From Utricularia gibba (Eukaryota > Plantae > Magnoliophyta), in NCBI GenBank assembly GCA_002189035.1, contig NEEC01000020.1, positions 744,001 to 808,000 of the forward strand: a stretch of 64,000 nucleotides of DNA. Reading direction: 5' to 3'. The notes beneath the pieces were generated by a model. That model did no database searches. It was not told the DNA's origin and saw nothing but the letters and a program-made list of their open reading frames with translations. Shown here one piece after another: positions 11,530 through 24,856 of this stretch. The position numbers and the translations under genes were made by a program. How positions within the stretch are numbered: the stretch's first letter is position 1; the number at the start of each line of letters is the position of its first letter.

Positions 11530-13484
11530 CAAAGGATTTCATTCACCTGCATCAGATGTGCAGCTTCACTCAGGAAGATTCAGGTTTTAGTTTGTGGTTT
11601 GCATTCTTTCAAAGGTATTGCCATTGCATATGATTGACTCTGTAACATACATGAGTGGATGGTGGGAAAAGCTCATTGTCCCCTGCTGTTGCTTCCTGTA
11701 AGATACACATATTCATGTATTTGCAAAAAGGGTTGTCATCATTACGCCTCAATGTTCCACAAACTATCCTGAAACATATGCAGAGTGCAAAGCATCACAG
11801 AGACAAGAAGATTCATCCCAAAAGGTGCGCAGAATATTTCTTTCAAGATACCATCCATTTGCGTTTTTCAGAAGCAACAGTAGCTTCCATGTTTTGGATT
11901 CTTTCAAGATTCCATCCTTTTCAACTTGTTGATCAAGGTGGACGACAAGGGCAGATTGCTTCAGACAAAAGATGATAAGTGACTGAAAATGAACCTCCAG
12001 GTTTCTGGTAGGGACAACCTCGAAAAAAGACAAAGCATACCAAATAGTGAATGAGCACGTCTCCCTGAGAGCTAAACCTGTGGTCTTTAACATTTCTTCA
12101 GATTCTTTTGGATACCTTTTCTCACAAAGATTCTTGGATTCCGTATCTGCTACAGCTTCCCCTGTAGACAAGATAGTGGAAAATGAACACTCAGGATATA
12201 TTCTCGTGTTTATCTACAAAAGTTGTAAAAGCAACAAGGACATACAGGGATTGATGATAGTCTTCAAAAGAAGAAAGTTATTGGGTGTGTGAAGTTACTC
12301 ACTCATTTATCAGTTTTGATGTTAAGAGAAGCACAATAGATGTGCCACATGATGAAAACCACCTGCAAGTTGAAGGTGGAGCATCATGAATTGAGACATA
12401 TTTCATGGGAATGTGTAGATAATTCGCTTGAACTCCAAGAACATCTTGAAGGGTATGCTTGTTGATGAACAAGGCCATGGATTAAGTGCAACTGAAGCAC
12501 TAGTGTTAGGAAATAGGGCTCTACACACACAGGGGATTAAAGTGGATGGAGCCTTCTAGATCTCTTGAATTACACAAAACAACCGGAAATCTCATCACGT
12601 TTTCAGGAACCATAGACTGGAAAATTTATGCAGAACAGAACTTAATGAAACACCGAATGAAAAATAACAATGGGAGGAAACTTCTTTGGAATGTGACCAG
12701 CGAGAATAAGGTATCTTCCATTTGGAGGGCTTGATGTTTTGGAGTAGAAGAAGAAACTGAAACTAAGGCAACTCAGTAGAGATGAAATCAGAGTAACCAC
12801 AAAGAAGGCAGTAAAAAGAAGTTTCTAAAGATTAACATTTGTCAAATTTCAGGGGTTCTCTGAAGCCGAAGTGCCAAAAAGAAAAAAAAAATGGTTTCTT
12901 TGATCTGCACACAGAACAGGAACTTCATGAAACATTGTCAAACAAGGTTCAAAGGGGTTATTACAAAAATTTCAAACACTGTATATTCAACCACGGTAAA
13001 ATAGTCAAACTAGCTGGCAAGCAGGAAAGTTGCGACTTGCCAAGCAACGAAAATCAAAGAAGATTCGACTATTCGATCTCAGTGGTAACGGAGGATCTTG
13101 CTGGAGTGGAAAAAGTACCAGGGCAAGACTTCGCTACTTTTTTACGTGTAAACAGTAAAAAGCATGACAGACACCTGTGTGGTAAATTTCTTTCTGGTCA
13201 TTTCAAACGGGAGAACTGTGTGGTAAATTTCTCCCACCTGGGCAATCTGGTTGTGCGGCTAAAAAGCATACACAGACACCCTTCTTACGTTTCGCCAAAA
13301 AGCACCAGAAGTCGCTATGAACGACCTTTTTGAGACTTGCACACAATTTTACCACGAAGGGCTATGTCCAACCGTCAATCGGAGGATTGCATTTGGGTTC
13401 CTCAATTACTCGGATCATCTAAAAAAACAGAGTTGACCACAAAGATTGATTCCCTGCTTTGGTTCTCTGTCGGTATTGTGACGA

Positions 13485-16400
13485 ATGAGGACGTTAAAGA
13501 CGTATGGCTGGGCGAAAAAATATACCCTCTTTTCAAGTTTGATTTCTAAAGGAGCTCTGGAGTTAGGATCATCTATACGTAGGTGGGTTTCTACTGGCAG
13601 TGGGAGTGTAGAGTCTTTGGTAGCCGAGGAATCAAACAATGGAAAGCGCTTTGCGGCAGTGTGGGGGAATGGGGATTTTGGAAGACTGGGATTGGGAAAT
13701 TTGGAGTCTCAGTTCAGGCCTAAATTCATATCGTCATCTGTCTTCGAGAATCAGGGTCTGAAGGAGATCGCTTGCGGCGGTGCTCACACACTTTTTCTTA
13801 CCGGTGCGATGATCTATGTATTTTTCTAACCTGATACTTTTCCAAGCTGGGTTTGTCACTGTTCATGATGCATGCGTCAGAATTTGTGCAAAATGCTTGA
13901 ATTTCGTGTTTGTTCCTGTTTACTTGATTAAGTTGTTTAGTTTTTTCTCATTGTTTCTTGCAACTTATGGTACATCTGCAATGTGCCACCAATTCTTGTC
14001 TGCTAGATTTGATGAAGCTCAAACCATGCAATATCATGCAATGCAATGTTGGATTTCTAAAAGTGTAGATGGGGGATCAGATCAGAGTCTCATATTAGAA
14101 GAATAAATCATTGTTCCATAGAGTGTGTGTGCATATATAAAGAGGAGCATACATGCTGTGTTCTCCATATTTTTTTGTTGGGTTTGCTGATGTTTTTTTT
14201 TTTTTTTTGGTTCTAAGCAAAGTTCTTAACGATGTTGCTTCTGCAGTGAATGGAGACGTGTATGCTACTGGATTGAACGACTTTGGGCAGCTAGGCCTGC
14301 CAGATTTTCAAAGCTATTCAGCTGTGAGCTAACTAAACGCTAACATTTAAACAATTGCTTTTGTTGATCTATCTTTAGACGATCCAAATTTTTTCCATGT
14401 TTCCTAGAGTCAATGCCCTTTTTGTTTTTCACTATTCCGGGCATTCTGCTTGATGTTGGATTCATTTGCAATATTCATCACAGGAACCTAAGAGAGTTTC
14501 TGCCATTCCCAAGGCGATTGTCAAGATTGCAGCTGGTTATCATCACTCTGCTGCTATTACCGGTTGATACAATGCCCTTTATTTCCTATCCATTTTTCGA
14601 GGATTCGGATGCTCTTCAACGGTCCCTTTACTCCATTAGTCCTATTCTTCTGCTGTTGGTGTAAATGTCTCTTTGGGTGTGTAGTCATGTAGCATATCCA
14701 GGTTGGTCTCATTGTATTTTCTTCTTACATAGCTGATGGAGAACTGTATTTATGGGGAAAGAATGCAAGTGGGCAGCTTGGCCTTGGTAAAAGTACGATA
14801 ATTACTTCTTATTTTTGAAAATCATATTCCGGTTCTAAGTATCTCTTTTTTTTACTTGATGTATACATAGACCTCACGTCAAGATTCAGTTTTTAAGATT
14901 ATTATGGTTATAGTTACCAGAGTTACGTTTCCTGGACCATTGTGCAGAGGCTGAGAAGGTAATTTCGGTACCCAGCAAACTCACATCCTTGGATGGTATT
15001 GACATTAAAACAATATCTTTAGGATTTGAGCACTCAGTTGCTGTTACAGGTGTGAATTATATGCCTTGGCAGCACTTGCATTTAAACTTGCACATGAAAA
15101 ATCATCTCTCTGCAATCTTTGCCAGATAAAGGTGAAGCATTGAGTTGGGGTGGCGGGGAGTCCGGAAGACTTGGTCATGGTCACACATCAAGCATTTTGG
15201 GGTTTCAGAAGAGTAGCAGGTTACACTTTATCTGTTTCAGTTGTCGGTTTATAATGTTTCAAATTTCTATCATGCGTGCTGTTTTAACGCTTTAGTTTCA
15301 TTTTCTGTTCGTTTGGTTTACATTTTTGTTGCTATCTTGGTGCCAATTCAGCGAGTACACCCCAAGGCTAATCAAGGGACTTGATGGAGTGAAGGTAAAG
15401 TGGTCATTTTCGGCAGGATGAAAGCTGTGTGGTCGCATATTAATGGAGTTTCTCCACTTCACTTGCTTCCTCTGCTAGGTTAAAAGCGTTGCTGCTGGAA
15501 TGCTGCACACTGCCTGCATTTCTGGTAATACCATCTATGCCTTCATTGTGAATATCAGAATGAATACATATAACATTGATTTAATTGATGCAGAAAATGG
15601 CTCTGTTTATTTCTTTGGTGAAAGGGAATTATCAAAGTGGGTAAGACTGAGTTGTTTCCTTTGGCTGTGTCCTCTTCATGGGTTTCTCCTTATCAGCTCT
15701 GATATTCTTCCATTAGGGCTTTGGAAAAGCAAAGAGCGAGACAACACCTGCTACTATCTGCCCATTACCATTTTCAAAAGATGTTGCATGTGGTGGTTAC
15801 CACACTTGTGTCATTACATGTAGTCTCTGAACTTACTTGGCCTTCCACTTTTCCATGAAAGCTCCCCATATTTACTAATCCTGCCCTGTAGATGGTGGAG
15901 AACTATACGCATGGGGCACTAATGAGAATGGCTGCCTCGGCAATGGGTATGCAAATGTTCCTTTAGATTTCCACTTCATTTGGGAAGCGCATGATTTCTA
16001 TATAGTTACAACGTTGCTCTTTATCCCAAGTGCTTTGCATAGCCTAATGAGAACTCTTACTTGGTTCGCATTCTGAACAACAGCTCCACCGATATGTCGT
16101 ATTCACCAGAGATAGTGCAAGGTCCATTTTTAAGGGATCCTGTTAACCAGGTGTGAATGAGGATTGTCCTTCATGTTTGGTTATCTTTTTTCATTTCCTG
16201 CTATGAGTTACACCCTTTATTGCTCAAAAACTCTAAACTGAAAGAAGCAAAATGGTGGACGGGGAAACTTTATGCTGGTTTGATTTTTCATGCTGTCATT
16301 TTTCAGGTTGCCTGTGGTTGGAAACATACAGCAGCAGTTGCAGGTGAGGTTAAGATCCTCTGCACTTGCTTTCAGTATACTTGTTTTTGTAATAATCTCC

Positions 16401-16810
16401 TGAGGATATGTTGTTCTATGGTGGCGTGTCAACATTTCGCTCGAAACAGAATGCAGTAGATTAAGTTGTTTGAAGCTAAGATGCATCAATCTGTCTCTAA
16501 TGAGCTGACTGAATGCATTCTACAGGAAACAAAGTGTACACTTGGGGCTGGGGAGGCTCTAATGGGACATTCAAGGAAGATGGGCATTCACCAGGCGGCC
16601 AATTGGTAGATCTTCATCCTTTTTCTGTGTATCTTGTGACTAGCTCTGGCTAGGAACTGAATGGAGAAGTTGGTGTTTCTTCATCCTCAGGGTCAAGGTG
16701 ATGACATCGACTACACTGAGCCAACATTGCTCAATTTAGGTCGAAACGTTAAGGCACTGAGGGTATCTTGCGGATTCAACCATACGGCTGGGATATTCGA
16801 ATTCATCTAG
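13485..16810 (+). CDS. RUG3: Mitochondrial RCC1/UVR8/GEF-like protein
   Basis: 15 exons assemble in phase from MRTLKTYG... through FAAVWGNGDFGRLGLG, ACGGAHTLFLT and WGWGGSNGTFKEDGHSPGGQLG to VSCGFNHTAGIFEFI*. The model closely follows the RUG3 sequence as I recall it. Confidence 0.9.
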
Positions 16811-17491
16811 TGACGAAAATGGCAACAGCAGCATGCATACATGATAGAAACTAGGGGCAGCAGCAGCAGCAGCGGCCATGCAAGAACATACCAACTGCAG
16901 CCATTATTCTCACTTGTTGAGGCGTTTCTCGAGCTTCCTAAGCATCTTTTGTCTGCAGGCATTGTCTTTATTCAAGACAGTTGCTGCTGAAAATAAGAAT
17001 GTGATCACAGAGAAGTGAGGGTTCAAATATTGAATGCAAAGTTCACAGGAATGTGAAATTTAATGTCTAGAACGGAACCACTTCAGAAATCCTCATATAG
17101 ACTCCAGTTTTCCTTGTTTACATCCAAACCGCCGAGGCTACAGGCTCATACTGGAGGGTTTGGTGTTATGGACTAGGCGATTTTGATCAAAAAATCTTAG
17201 AGACGCCTAAATGGTTTTATTGGTTTTCTAGTTCAGTTTTAAGTATAGGAAACAACTAAATCACTTTCTCCCTTTCATTCAACCGTAAATTACTATAGCA
17301 TTCAACTGCAGATGTCCAGAGTTGCCAGGGCACATAAACCTGCAACATCTACTTGATCTTCTAATGGTGGACTAAAGGAGAAAGTTAACCACCATCTAAC
17401 CAGACACAACGAAACCGACTAGACTTCACCATCTGCATGGTTTCACTGATATGAAAATGATGTACACAGAGCTTGTTGTCATGCACCAAGT

Positions 17492-18291
17492 TCAGGTGTG
17501 TAGGTAATTAGCGGCCATCATAAGTTCCAATGTCATTTCGGGCTCGATATGGAACTCGGTTTCCTTCCCGCTGCAGCAGAATCAAAACAAACTCATGTCA
17601 AGGAGATAACAATCTACTTCTCACTTTTCCAATCAGCTCATAACTGCTCATGTCCCCTCAAAAAAACAGATTACTATCTACTCAGTGAATCACTTTCAGC
17701 TCATTGCATCTATATGCACACACTATTTAGTCTGCAGCGTCAATCATCTACATAAAACAGCAACCGACATCTAACTAATTTTGGCATACAAATCTAAACT
17801 TTCCTTGTTCCAGTTCCCGCACACTCCACCGAATCACAAGAAGTAGCAATCAATTTAACAATCACTTAAAGGCACACACCTGGAATACTGGAGAGACCAA
17901 TAAAAGTACTGGCATATCTTCTCTAAGATAGCTGTGCTTATTTCTGGAAATGTCACCTCTCCCCGTTCCGTTTCAGCAAAACCACCTGAAACCAACGCAA
18001 CAACGAAATTAAAATCGCACAAAAGCATCCCGAAAAAATGCAGACCACATCTTCAATTTTGTGTCAGTCAAATTTATCCCACAATCATTCCCAACAAATA
18101 AGCCCCAAATTTCACCATAACCCTAAATCCGCATCAAGAAGACATTTCCGCAAAAAAAAAAAAAAAAAAAAAACGATGCCTGGGGAAGTAAGCATGTTGC
18201 GGATGGTCTGAGAAACCATGGCGGCGTCTTTGTCAATCACGAACTCAAAACCCTCGGCGCTTATGAGCTTCACCGTGTCCTCCTTCTTCAT
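17492..18291 (-). CDS. ELOC: Elongin C (SKP1/BTB-like), 98 aa
   Basis: Exons 18291-18180, 17985-17880 and 17570-17492 give MKKEDTVKLISAEGFEFVID...TFPEISTAILEKICQYFYW...ELMMAANYLHT*. Intron 1 requires a GC donor. Confidence 0.95.
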
Positions 18292-18779
18292 CCTCGCTCC
18301 GACTAACCGCCGATCGGTTACTTGTAATTATGGAGAAAGTTGGGCTTCATTCTCAGAAACTATTATTACTTACGAAAAATAATAATTTATATTTATTTTA
18401 AAATGTTTAATAATATAAAAAATTCAGTCACTTTCGTACGCATAGTTCGGTGCATCAAGATTCAAGATGGATGAAAAACTACCACTGCCGTAAGGGCAAT
18501 ATTGTAATTTCATATAAAATATGAAAACGAAAAGCATGTTTGATGATTTTAATAAAATTTTATTTAAATACATATATAAAAAATAACAGTTATATTATTC
18601 AAATAAATTAAACATATAAATCGAATATTATTTTTTATATAAATCCATATATTTATGTTTATCTAAATAATAATAATTTAAATTCAAGAAAATTTTATTC
18701 CGTCCAGAGTCAACCAAAATGAAAGTCAAATGTAATAATATTTGATATATTATATTATTAAAATAGTTATATTTGAACT

Positions 18780-18832
18780 TATGGGCCTGGTTAATGGGCT
18801 TCAGGTATCGGCTGAATAGTCGTAGCCCATTC
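18780..18832. promoter_or_regulatory. Site II motif cluster in the shared ELOC/FtsH divergent promoter
   Basis: TGGGCC, TGGGCT and AGCCCA occur within about 50 bp, between two head-to-head start codons 818 bp apart. Confidence 0.6.
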
Positions 18833-19108
18833 AACGTCAGGATGTCAATGTCATCAATTTCTAGGCTTGTTTCTCAAGCAAGGCTCCGTAGGCCTGGTTT
18901 ACTGGCGTCGTGGATAAGCTCAACGCCGTTTGTTTTCGATGAAGGATGAGCTTTGCGCCGTTTGTTTTTGATTCCCCGTCGATCAAATACTGACATCTGT
19001 TGAGTTGTACCAGATATTTTTTCGTCATTTGGTTTCGATTCGGGGATTTTTCCTTCGTATTTGAGCATTTCATGTTGTTTTTGTGACATCCGATTTGGGG
19101 TTCTGGAT

Positions 19109-22100
19109 ATGATCTATTCGAGGATCACTTCTTCGATTTCTCGCTCGTCGCGGTCGAGGGTAGGGCTTGCTTTTCTTGGTTTTGAATTTTTTTGTGTTTC
19201 CTGTCTCTATTTGTCATTTTTGGGTTTCCGCAGAATTGGATTAACGAGGCTACGAAATGGCGGTCTTCCGTGTGCAATGGGGACAATTGTAGGGCTTCCG
19301 ATGTGAATTCTTTGAACGGTGGTTCTGACAGGTTTCATGGGAGTTTGAGAAGTTATTTATCGTCGACTGCGGCTGTTCAGTCATCAGCTTCTCGAGCTGT
19401 TGTATCGGAATTCCGTTACCTTGCAGCGAATATTGGAACTAGGAGATTTTTGTCTGCCCAAACACCTAAGAAAAGAAGTAAGCTTTATGTTTCCAGTACT
19501 TTATCATTTTGGTGTCTGGGAGTAATAGGCTTGTGCGATCTTCGTTCAGTTTTGAGGCGAGTATACTGAAGTGTATCTTTTTGTGGTTGTTTTTGGCAGA
19601 TTACGAGAATTTCTATCCCAAACGGAAGGAAACTTCGAAACAGAATGAACAGAAATCTGGGTCCAAAGGTATGTATAAAACTTCTTATACTTGCTAATCC
19701 CTTTATGATGGAAGAAATCATTTTCTTCAGAGAAAACACACTGTTTATGCAAGCCGCGGGCTAAATTTTTCATCTTCACCAGATATTCGAATTTAGTGTC
19801 TCTTATACAGTAGCTTCAGTTTATCTTTCTAGTCCTCTATCCTTGTTGAATTGGTATGAGACCTGATTATTTTTGGATTTGGTGTTCTAACATTTCAGAG
19901 GAAGGAAGTAAGGATGATCGTAGCTCCTTTCAAGATATTTTACAAGACAGTTTTCAATCTGCGGTCAAGACTATTGAAGCTCTTTTCATCCCACTTCTGG
20001 GTCTTGCACTATTTATGTATGCATTTTCACCTGGGCCGCATGAAGCAAGACAGGTGCTGTGTGTGATATTTTCTTTTCATTAACTAAAGATTTATGAGAT
20101 TGGATAATTTGCTTAGGTTATATTATCATTCCTCTTCTGGTGTTTCCATGTTCATCGTCATAATTCTGATGTTTTTTTTTTTTTTTGCAGATTAGTTTTC
20201 TGGAGTTCAAAAACAAGCTTCTTGAACCAGGGCTTGTCGAGCGCATAGTTGTTTCAAACAAGTCTGTCGCTAAGGTGTATGTCAAACCCTCGAATATACT
20301 GCAAGATAGTATTGATTCCACACAAGGTTCGGAACTTGAACCACCTGCAGCTGGAAGTGGACATGTGACTCGAAAATCTACTCATCATAAGTATTACTTT
20401 AACATTGGAAGTATTGATTCTTTTGAATCCAAGCTGGAAGAGGCACAAAAGGCGATGGGAATTGATTCACACAATTTTGTGCCGGTTACATATGCAAATG
20501 AGGTCTCGTGGCTTGCAGAATTGATGAAATTTGCTCCGACTATTTTGTTATTGGGATCCCTTATATTCATGGGTCGTAGAATGCAAAGTGGATTAGGTGT
20601 TGGTGGACCTGGTGGAAAAGGCGCGCGTGGAATATTTAACATAGGGAAAGCTCACATTACAAAGTTTGATAAGAATTCAAAAGATAAGGTTGCATTTCTG
20701 TTTTTTTTTTTTTTTGTACAGAATCCCGATTATGCATTAAATACTCTTCTTGTTTCCATTCTTTTTAGTAAACAAGAAAGCATGCTTTATCTGATATTCT
20801 GCTCCGATATATGAGATCTCTCAATTTTCCATGCTATATTTTCAGGTTTATTTCAAAGATGTTGCTGGCTGTGATGAAGCAAAAGAAGAGATAATGGAGT
20901 TTGTGCACTTTCTTAAAAACCCTAAGAAGTATGAAGATTTGGGAGCCAAAATCCCCAAAGGTGCTTTACTGGTTGGCCCTCCTGGGACTGGTAAAACTCT
21001 CTTGGCAAAAGCAACAGCTGGTGAATCTGGTGTACCTTTTCTGACGATCTCTGGTTCTGATTTTATGGAGATGTTTGTTGGTGTTGGCCCTTCAAGGGTC
21101 AGGAACCTGTTTCAAGAAGCAAGGCAGTGTGCACCAAGCATTATTTTCATTGATGAGATTGATGCTATTGGTCGAGCGAGGGGTCGTGGAGGGTTTTCTG
21201 GTTCGAATGATGAGCGGGAAAGCACTCTTAACCAGTTGCTTGTGGAGATGGATGGATTTGGAACTACCTCCGGAGTGGTTGTTCTTGCTGGCACAAATAG
21301 GCCTGATATATTGGACAAAGCCTTGTTGAGGCCTGGCCGTTTTGACCGTCAAATTACCATTGACAAACCTGACATCAAGGGACGTGAACAAATATTTCGG
21401 ATTTACCTGAAGAAGATCAAGCTTGATCAAGAACCTGAGTATTACTCTCAGAGACTGGCAGCCCTTACTCCTGGATTTGCCGGTGCTGACATAGCAAATG
21501 TTTGCAATGAAGCTGCTTTAATTGCTGCGAGGAATGAGGTAGAACAGGTTAAAATGGAACACTTCAATGCTGCAATAGACAGGATCATTGGTGGGTTGGA
21601 GAAGAAAAATAAGGTAAAGCACTTGCTCTTATCCTTGATGTATTCCATCCCTAGAAAATTCTCCATGATAGAAATGAGTGACAAAGGTTACATCTCACAG
21701 TGCTTAAGCCCTTTGATGTTCCTCATCAGGTCATAAGTAATCTTGAACGGCGCACTGTGGCCTACCATGAATCAGGCCATGCTGTAGTTGGCTGGTTTTT
21801 GGAACACGCAGAGCCCTTGCTGAAAGTCACAATCGTTCCACGTGGGACGGCTGCACTTGGCTTTGCTCAGTATGTTCCTAATGAGAACCTTCTCATGACA
21901 AAAGAGCAGCTCTTGGACATCACTTGTATGACTCTTGGTGGACGTGCCTCTGAACAGGTAAATCTTCTCACCTTTTCAAGTGTTCATGACCAAAAACCAT
22001 GATGTTTGCTTGAATGAATGAACTCTTGACAAAGCTGTTTTTTTTTTCCTGCAACTTTTCTTATTCAGGTTCTCTTGGGGAAAATATCCACCGGAGCTCA

Positions 22101-22521
22101 GAATGATCTGGAAAAGGTCACCAAAATAACCTACGCTCAAGTTGCAGTTTACGGTTTCAGTGACAAAGTGGGTCTCCTCTCTTTCCCTCAAAGAGAAGAC
22201 GGTTTCGAGATGACCAAGCCGTACAGCAGCAAGACGGCTGCAATCATCGACAACGAAGTTCGAGAATGGGTGACAAAGGCGTATGAACGAACTCTGGAAC
22301 TGGTAGAGGAACACAAAGAGAAAATAGCCAAGATTGCTGAGATGCTGCTGGAGAAGGAGACGCTTCATCAAGAAGACCTGACTCAGGTTCTGGGCGAGCG
22401 GCCTTTCAAGCCCGTTGAGATGACGAACTACGACAGATTCAAGCATGGTTTCGATGAGAAAAAGGAGGAACCACTGAGCAACGAAGGTTCGCCTCTTGAT
22501 CCTGATGTGGTGCCTGCATAG
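19109..22521 (+). CDS. FTSH10: Mitochondrial m-AAA ATP-dependent zinc metalloprotease, FtsH3/FtsH10 type
   Basis: Eight in-phase exons. The protein has an [17 protein letters not shown] presequence, Walker A GPPGTGKT, Walker B IFIDEID, the [22 protein letters not shown] and the HESGH zinc site. FTSH3 and FTSH10 cannot be separated by eye. Confidence 0.95.
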
Positions 22522-23009
22522 CTTCATTGTCTGTTGTAATCTATAGGAAGTGAAGTCTATATATCCTGGGGAAGCTGCTAACATGGCATGTCCTCTTTCC
22601 ATCGATCACCAGTCTTCCAAGGTGAGTAGAAATATGTACTTACAGAAGCAATCTGACTGTTTGGGAGGGCTTCTATGGGTGGAGTAGTCTCCTCCATTTC
22701 ACTCCTTTCTTGTACAGCAGGTTGAAACCGCCTTCACCTTTTTATGCACTCTGATTTGATGGAAGAGGTCATGTAATACGATGCTAAGGTAACTCAACCC
22801 TTCCAAGAAAAAAAAAGTAATGGCGAGTGTAGCAGCAGGAAGCACAAAGTAGAAGACAATCAACATACAGTCAAAAGATCAGCACAACAAACACTATATG
22901 AACATGAACAACAGTAGGATCAGTTAGCATGCTGGCCTTTTGCAACAGACTACAAATTACCCTCGACTCTGAAGGATTAGCATACCATAGTCAGTTGAGG
23001 TTGAGCAGA

Positions 23010-24856
23010 TTAGTGCAGGTAACCTGTTTGGTACTGGTAGGCATTTCCAAAGAAGCTGCCGTGATTCGGGGAGAAGGTGTAAGCCGGCGTACCTATGTAT
23101 GGCAAGAGACGGGGCTCCGCCGGTACTGGATACGCATATGGCCGCGGCGGAGGTGCCATTTTGCAGCTGTGTTGTGGATATCTTTCAGTCATCCTGCTGT
23201 GGTAATTCTTTTCAGCAGCCACATGGGGAAGAGCTCGAGGTGCATGGGGAACAATGGTGGCACGGGGTCTCTTAGATTGTGGCTTGGCTACTTCGGTGGC
23301 TCGCTTCTTGTCTGCTGTGGCTTTCTCAATTTCAAGAACCTGCTTCTGGAGTGAATCAAGTGGGAGTTGCTCCTCGAGTTTGTGGTCTTCAACGCACTTC
23401 ATCACAGCTTTTATGGCAGATAGCTCTTTCTCATGAACGTCGACCTGCAACCGCAAAAAGTGTTAGTTTGCTACTAAGAGCTGTTGCTGAGAATGCTACT
23501 ACAGCCCATACGCTTATAACATGAAACGAAAGGATGCATGCTCCGGGAAATCCAAAGAAGTGAACCTGCGAAGAGGGTGTCTTCTTAGCCTCAGATAAGT
23601 ATGATCTCAGTAATGGGATTGGCAAAAACTGGTCTGTGAGCTCAAAGGCAAAAGCCAAATTAACAGCTTCTATCTGTCTGCCATTCTTTATCAGCACATC
23701 AATCATCCCTAAAAATCCCATGGAACAGATGATCAACAGAAGGAGAACAGAAAATAACCCCTCCTGGGAGAAGCCATTACTTCAATTCTAAAAATGACGC
23801 ATTCTTTTTCAACAAACCTGGGATTTTCTCAGTCAACCCAAGATTGTGGCATAGCTCTGCAGTTTGGCGACGACGAGAAACCATGGGGATCAACTTGAAT
23901 AAGATTTTCTGATCGAATTCTGAATTGATGCTGAATGTAGATAAAAGCAGGAGGAATGCATGAGCTTCCAAAGAATTTCCGTTGCAGGCATCAATATCAA
24001 TGTTTTCAAGTTTGGGTTTCCAATTCTCAGCAATGTCCTTGGCCCCTTGTCTTGCATCTTGGGAGATTTCGTAGAAGGAACAGTTGGCATCCTGATCCTT
24101 CAGGAATCTGCTGAGGCACTCCATCAGCATGATGCAAGTTCTTCTAAGGCCGAGGAGATTTGAATCCTTTTTAGCATCGAAATTTGGAAGCTCTGTACCA
24201 TAAAACTCTTTCAGTGTCCCCAAGATCAAAGTACCAGGATCCACAGAAGCACTGAGTGCAATAGGAACTTCCTCCTTCAAAGTGGCTAGATCCCTACGGT
24301 TGTCTGAGATGAACTTTTGCAGCCCTTCTGAATTCATCTCTCGGCATAATTTCACTAGCTCTGGATAACATTTTACCTGCAGATCAACACTTTTCGCACG
24401 CCTTTTCATGACATCAGAGTTACCCTCAGCAGCCACTCTTTCATTCATGGAAATGTGCTTCACTTGATTATCGGTGCTTCCATCAACTGAATCATCCCCA
24501 GGAAATGGCCTTTTCTTCTGCATACAAGCTAAGATAGCAGACACAGCAGCATCTCGCTTCTCTTGGAGCCTCTCAAGTGAGGCTTGCTCCATAGCCAAGA
24601 CAGCAGCTTTACGCTTCTCCAGCATGACTTTGGATTCAGCAACTTTAGCATCAAAATCCCTTCCCTGCTCTTCTAGCTCGGTAAAGCGTCTCTTCAGTGA
24701 CGTCTGGAGTCCGTACAAATGCTCCTCAAGCTGCTTCCATTGAAAATTTAGAGCAACAGCTCGATGACTTTCAAGTTCCAGAAACGCTTTCTGGAGTTGC
24801 TGTATCTTGGAGGCCGTGGACTCCATAACCGCAGCAGCATAGCAGCTTTTCTCCAT
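23010..24856 (-). CDS. FRL3: FRIGIDA-like protein (FRL3 type)
   Basis: Exons 24856-23818, 23708-23566 and 23444-23010 give MESTASKIQQLQKAFLELESHRA, RRTCIMLME, GRQIEAVNLAFAFELT and ELSAIKAVMKC. A 5' UTR intron is likely at about 24867-25160. Confidence 0.9.

Noticed and set aside
12839-13333. 164-codon plus-strand ORF
   Set aside because: It starts at TTG, has no recognisable motif, and the splice signals in this region favour the opposite strand.
13485-22521. RUG3 and FtsH3/10 (both tied to complex I) as a functional cluster, likewise ADF/formin/TON1 as a cytoskeletal cluster
   Set aside because: Unrelated genes are interspersed and the order looks like ordinary inherited synteny. Nothing in the sequence indicates co-regulation.
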